64,000 nt of DNA from assembly GCA_040905865.1 (NCBI GenBank), contig JBBDQU010000040.1, positions 6,534-70,533 on the forward strand, written 5' to 3'. The notes under the pieces are model-generated. The model was not told the DNA's origin. It searched no databases and worked only from the letters and a program-made list of their open reading frames with translations. Position 1 is the first letter of the stretch, and every line of letters starts with the position of its first letter. The DNA is from Alphaproteobacteria bacterium (GTDB lineage Bacteria > Pseudomonadota > Alphaproteobacteria > UBA8366 > GCA-2717185). Shown here piece after piece: positions 60,319-64,000 of the stretch. A program made the translations under genes and the position numbers.

Positions 60319-60460
60319 CTAGATCAGATCGTATTCGATTGGAATCGCCTCCGGCGATCCAACCGAATACGTGAATCTGATCTATCCTATTGAAGATATA
60401 GCACCTTCACAGGTTTGAATGGAACCTGTTGCGGTTCCATTCAAACCTGATGTGCTATAG
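60319..60460 (+). repeat. Two-hairpin interspersed repeat, copy A (intact)
   Basis: Hairpin 1 TAGATCAGAT-CGTATTCG...ATCGCC-TCC-GGCGAT...CGAATACG...ATCTGATCTA; AT-rich spacer; hairpin 2 with a 17-bp perfect stem CAGGTTTGAATGGAACC/GGTTCCATTCAAACCTG closed by TATAGCAC/GTGCTATA. Confidence 0.9.
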
Positions 60461-60502
60461 CCTAGACTTCCGTCGTTCCCCCTACAATCAGGACAAGCCG
60501 CC

Positions 60503-61867
60503 ATGCCAGATGCCAATCCTCCTGCCGCCGGTGCGGTAACCCGCCGGCTGGCCCGTTTCGTCCACGACACGCGGTGGCGCGACATACCCGAAGCGGTGCG
60601 GCATGAGGCGAAGCGGTCGCTGCTGAACGGGTTCGCGACGGCGCTGGGCGGCTGCCGCGAGCCGGCAATCGACAAGTACCTTGCCGTGCTGGGCCCGTTT
60701 GCCGGGAGCCGGGGGGCCGGGATCATCGGGCGGGCGGAACGTGTCGACATGCTGCTCGCGGCCTGTGTGAACGCCATGAGCGCCAATATCTTCGACTACG
60801 ACGATACCCATCCGAACACGATCATCCACCCGACCGCGCCGGTCGCGCCGGCCCTGTTCGCCCATGCGGAAATCGCGCGGTGCAGCGGCGCGGACCTGCT
60901 GCGGGCGTTCATTCTCGGCGGCGAGATCGAATGCCGGATCGGCAATGCGGTGTCGCCCTATCATTACGGGCGCGGCTGGCACATCACCTCGACCTGCGGC
61001 ATTTTCGGCGCGGCGGTGGGCGTTGGCGCGCTGGCCGGCCTCACGGAGGAACAGTTCGGCTGGGCGCTGGGCAACGCCTCCGCGCAGGCCTCCGGGCTGG
61101 TCGAAACCCTGGGCACCATGTCCAAGAGCATCAGCGTCGGCAATGCGGCGCGCAACGGGATGGCCTCCGCCCTGCTGGCGGCGGAAGGATTTTCCGGCCC
61201 GGCGGCGCCGCTGGAAGGCGCGCGCGGGTTCCTGCCGGTCTATGCGGATGACCCGAAAACCGATGCCCTGTTCGACGGGCTGGGCGAGGTTTGGGAAATC
61301 GCCCGGAACACCTACAAGCCCTATCCGACCGGCATCGTCCTCAACCCGGTGATGGAGGCCTGCATCAGGCTGCACGGCGCGGGCGCCTTCGCGGTCGAGG
61401 ATGTGGCCGAGGTGACGCTGACCGGGCACCCGTTCCTGCAGCAGCGGACGGACCGGCCCGACGTCGCCACCGGCCGCGAATCGCAGGTCAGCGCCCAGCA
61501 CGCCATCGCCATCGCGCTGCGGCGGGGCCGCGCGGGCCTGTCGGAATTCAGCGACGAGGCCGTGGCCGAAACCCTGCGGGACGGGATCCGCCCGACCGTG
61601 CGCTTCGTCGATGACGACAGCTACGATATCGAAGGGGTGAAGATGCTGGTCCGCACGAAACAGGGCGCGGAGCACATGGTGGAAATCGCCGACACCCAGG
61701 GCGGTTCGCGCAACCCGATGAGCGACGCGGGCCTGAACGGGAAGCTGGCCATGCTGGCGGAATATGGCGGCTTCGGCGCGGATGTGACGCCGCTGGCGGA
61801 TGCCGTCTGGTCGCTGGATACGGCGGCGGATGCGGGCGCGGTCATGGCGCTGTGCACGAAACGTTAA
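60503..61867 (+). CDS. MmgE/PrpD family protein
   Basis: DYDDTH, IHPT, GWHIT, AARNG, LEG-x-x-GF, KPYP. Confidence 0.93.
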   Translation: MPDANPPAAGAVTRRLARFVHDTRWRDIPEAVRHEAKRSLLNGFATALGGCREPAIDKYLAVLGPFAGSRGAGIIGRAERVDMLLAACVNAMSANIFDYDDTHPNTIIHPTAPVAPALFAHAEIARCSGADLLRAFILGGEIECRIGNAVSPYHYGRGWHITSTCGIFGAAVGVGALAGLTEEQFGWALGNASAQASGLVETLGTMSKSISVGNAARNGMASALLAAEGFSGPAAPLEGARGFLPVYADDPKTDALFDGLGEVWEIARNTYKPYPTGIVLNPVMEACIRLHGAGAFAVEDVAEVTLTGHPFLQQRTDRPDVATGRESQVSAQHAIAIALRRGRAGLSEFSDEAVAETLRDGIRPTVRFVDDDSYDIEGVKMLVRTKQGAEHMVEIADTQGGSRNPMSDAGLNGKLAMLAEYGGFGADVTPLADAVWSLDTAADAGAVMALCTKR

Positions 61868-61886
61868 GGGGCGGGGGAGGGATATC

Positions 61887-62900
61887 ATGATCGAGCCATC
61901 GAATGCCGGCTGGCTGGCCCAGGTGACCGAAGACGCGCTGGAACCGGGACTGCCGATCTGCGATCCGCATCATCACCTCTGGGATGCCCGGGACGGGCAG
62001 GTGGCGCGCCGTTACATGATCGACGAGATCAAAAGCGACCTCGATTCCGGCCATAATATCGTCTCGACCGTCTTCATCGAACACCTCTCCATGTTCCGCG
62101 CCGATGGCCCCGACGAAATGAAATATGTCGGCGAGGTCGAATTCGCCAACGGCATCGCGGCGATGGCGGCATCAGGGCTATACGGGAAAACGCGGGTCGC
62201 GGCCGGGATCGTCGGCTATGCGGACCTGTCCGCCGGCGCCCGGGTGAAGGCCGTGCTGGAAGCGGAAATCGCCGCCGCGCCCGCGCGGATGAAAGGAATC
62301 CGCTGCACAGGCGCCTGGGACCCGGACCCGCGCATCGCCCGGTCGGAACGGCCGGGGCTGTATATGGATGCCGGGTTCCGCGCCGGGTTTGCGGAACTGG
62401 CGCCGCTGGGCCTGAGTTTCGACCTGCCCTGCCGCTACCGCCAGCTTGGCGAAGTGGCGGATTTGGCGCGGGCGTTTCCGGAAACGGCGGTCATCCTGAA
62501 CCATGTCGGCGGCATTGTCGGGATTGGCGAATATGCCGGACGGCGGGATGAGATTTTCGATGCCTGGAAAACAGGCCTGACCGGGGTCGCGTCCTGCCCC
62601 AATGTCGTCGTCAAGCTGGGTGGATTGTGTATGGACTACTGCGGCTTCAACTGGCAGTGCAATCCGGCGCCGCCGGACAGCGCGGCGCTTGCCGGGGCGC
62701 AGCGCCCGTATTTCGAGGCGGCCATCGAGTTGTTCGGCCCCGATCGCTGCATGTTCGAGTCCAACTTTCCGGTCGACAAGATCAGTTGCGGCTACGGCGT
62801 GCTGTGGAATTCCTTCAAGCGCGTCACCGAAGGATACACGGCCGGTGAAAAGGCGAAGCTGTTTCACGACACGGCGGTGCGGGTGTATCGGCTGGGCTGA
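61887..62900 (+). CDS. Amidohydrolase_2 family metallo-hydrolase
   Basis: ICDPHHHLW, LNHVG, VKLGG, FESNFPVD, TAVRVYRL. Confidence 0.92.
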   Translation: MIEPSNAGWLAQVTEDALEPGLPICDPHHHLWDARDGQVARRYMIDEIKSDLDSGHNIVSTVFIEHLSMFRADGPDEMKYVGEVEFANGIAAMAASGLYGKTRVAAGIVGYADLSAGARVKAVLEAEIAAAPARMKGIRCTGAWDPDPRIARSERPGLYMDAGFRAGFAELAPLGLSFDLPCRYRQLGEVADLARAFPETAVILNHVGGIVGIGEYAGRRDEIFDAWKTGLTGVASCPNVVVKLGGLCMDYCGFNWQCNPAPPDSAALAGAQRPYFEAAIELFGPDRCMFESNFPVDKISCGYGVLWNSFKRVTEGYTAGEKAKLFHDTAVRVYRLG

Positions 62901-63018
62901 GGCCGGTTATCCCGCGAGGTTTGACAGGGAAGCGGGGTTCGCAGCAGAGTGCGGCGCGAATTTCAGACCGTTCAGCGCAACAGGGTGGAACGCCGTGCCG
63001 GAAGATACCCGAAAGACA

Positions 63019-64000
63019 ATGTCGGACCTGGATGTCCTCGACGGCATTCCCGATCCCGTCATTCTGTTGAATTCGAAGCGGCGGGTTGTGCGGATCAACC
63101 GCGCCGCGCTGAATTTCTTCGACATGGCGTTTCAGGGCCGCGACCTGGCGTTTCTGATCCGGCACCCGAATGTCCTGTCGGCGGTGGACGCCACGCTGTC
63201 CGGCGGCGGGGCGCAGCGCGAGGATATCTCCATCGCGCAGGACGTGACGCGGCAGTTTACGGTGCATGTTTCGCCGATGCGGATTGAAAGGCACACCGAT
63301 GGGCTGGGCGCGATGGTGGCGATGCATGATGTCACGGCCGCCCGGAACGCGGAGGAGATGCGCGCGGATTTCGTCGCCAATGTCAGCCACGAGCTGCGCT
63401 CGCCGCTGTCGTCGCTGGTCGGGTTTATCGAGACGCTGCGCGGCGTCGCCAGCGACGACCCCGCGGCGCAGAAGCGGTTTCTCACCATCATGGAAAGCGA
63501 GGCGCAGCGGATGACGCGGCTGATCGGCGACCTGCTGTCGCTGTCCCGGGTCGAAGCCGACGAGCATATCCCGCCGGAAGACTATGTCCGGCTTTCCGAC
63601 CTGCTGGGCAGCGTCGTCGATTCCCTGTCGGTCCGCGCGGCAAAGCATCGCATGGGGATCGATCTCGAAATCCAGCCCAACCTGCCCGCCGTCATCGGCG
63701 AGCAGGATGAACTGGTGATGGTCTTCCAGAACCTCGTGACCAACGCGATCAGTTACGGGCGCGAAGGGACCCGGATTTCGGTGACGGCGAAAACCGTTGA
63801 CCGCATCCCCAATCTCGGCGACCCTGGCGTGGCGGTCTGCGTCGCCGATATCGGCGAAGGCATTGCGCCGGACCAGATTCCGCGCCTGACCGAACGGTTC
63901 TACCGGGTGGACAAGGGGCGGTCGCGGTCGATGGGCGGCACCGGGCTGGGTCTGGCGATCGTGAAGCATATCGTCAGCCGCCATCGCGGCCGTCTTGCCA
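63019..64000 (+). CDS. phoR: PhoR-like PAS sensor histidine kinase; 3' end beyond window
   Basis: Hand translation: MSDLDVLDGIPDPV...LIRHP...MRADFVANVSHELRSPL...GFIETL...PRLTERFYRVDKGRSRSMGGTGLGLAIVKHI. Absent from the ORF track (no stop in window). Confidence 0.85.
   Translation, partial: MSDLDVLDGIPDPVILLNSKRRVVRINRAALNFFDMAFQGRDLAFLIRHPNVLSAVDATLSGGGAQREDISIAQDVTRQFTVHVSPMRIERHTDGLGAMVAMHDVTAARNAEEMRADFVANVSHELRSPLSSLVGFIETLRGVASDDPAAQKRFLTIMESEAQRMTRLIGDLLSLSRVEADEHIPPEDYVRLSDLLGSVVDSLSVRAAKHRMGIDLEIQPNLPAVIGEQDELVMVFQNLVTNAISYGREGTRISVTAKTVDRIPNLGDPGVAVCVADIGEGIAPDQIPRLTERFYRVDKGRSRSMGGTGLGLAIVKHIVSRHRGRLA

Overview
GC-rich alphaproteobacterial chromosome segment (Rhodospirillales-like gene content and order). 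1-6643 is the end of a genomic island abutting the 3' end of tRNA-Ala(GGC). It carries a DUF3489-DUF2924-large serine recombinase module, a stop-codon-interrupted AbiEii-type nucleotidyltransferase remnant, and a >958-aa DruE/YprA-like DEAH helicase that runs off the left edge. Neither the helicase nor the remnant is in the supplied ORF track. 6837-40016 is conserved core: aroA-cmk-rpsA-ihfB-lapA-pyrF-trpFBA-accD-folC, converging on chvI-chvG-dcd-hprK-rapZ-EIIA-HPr-EI-phaZ-ahcY-divL-tsaE-amgK-murU-addB-addA-trxA. 40266-64000 is accessory: SCO, two Na+ transporters, Usp, a BVMO-CMD-TauD cluster, a FecI/FecR/TonB-receptor/PepSY iron cassette, an atypical SDR, NfeD-SPFH, a DLH-DUF6295-cyclic amidohydrolase operon, MmgE/PrpD, an amidohydrolase and a soluble PhoR-like kinase. 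Notable non-coding signals are two diverged copies of a two-hairpin repeat with four compensatory base-pair changes, a shared ECF promoter motif upstream of fecR and the receptor, Fur/SahR/PhaR/FixK-like boxes, and a structured leader upstream of DUF3489. All family assignments come from motif recognition by eye; no database searches were run, and several start codons are judgement calls.
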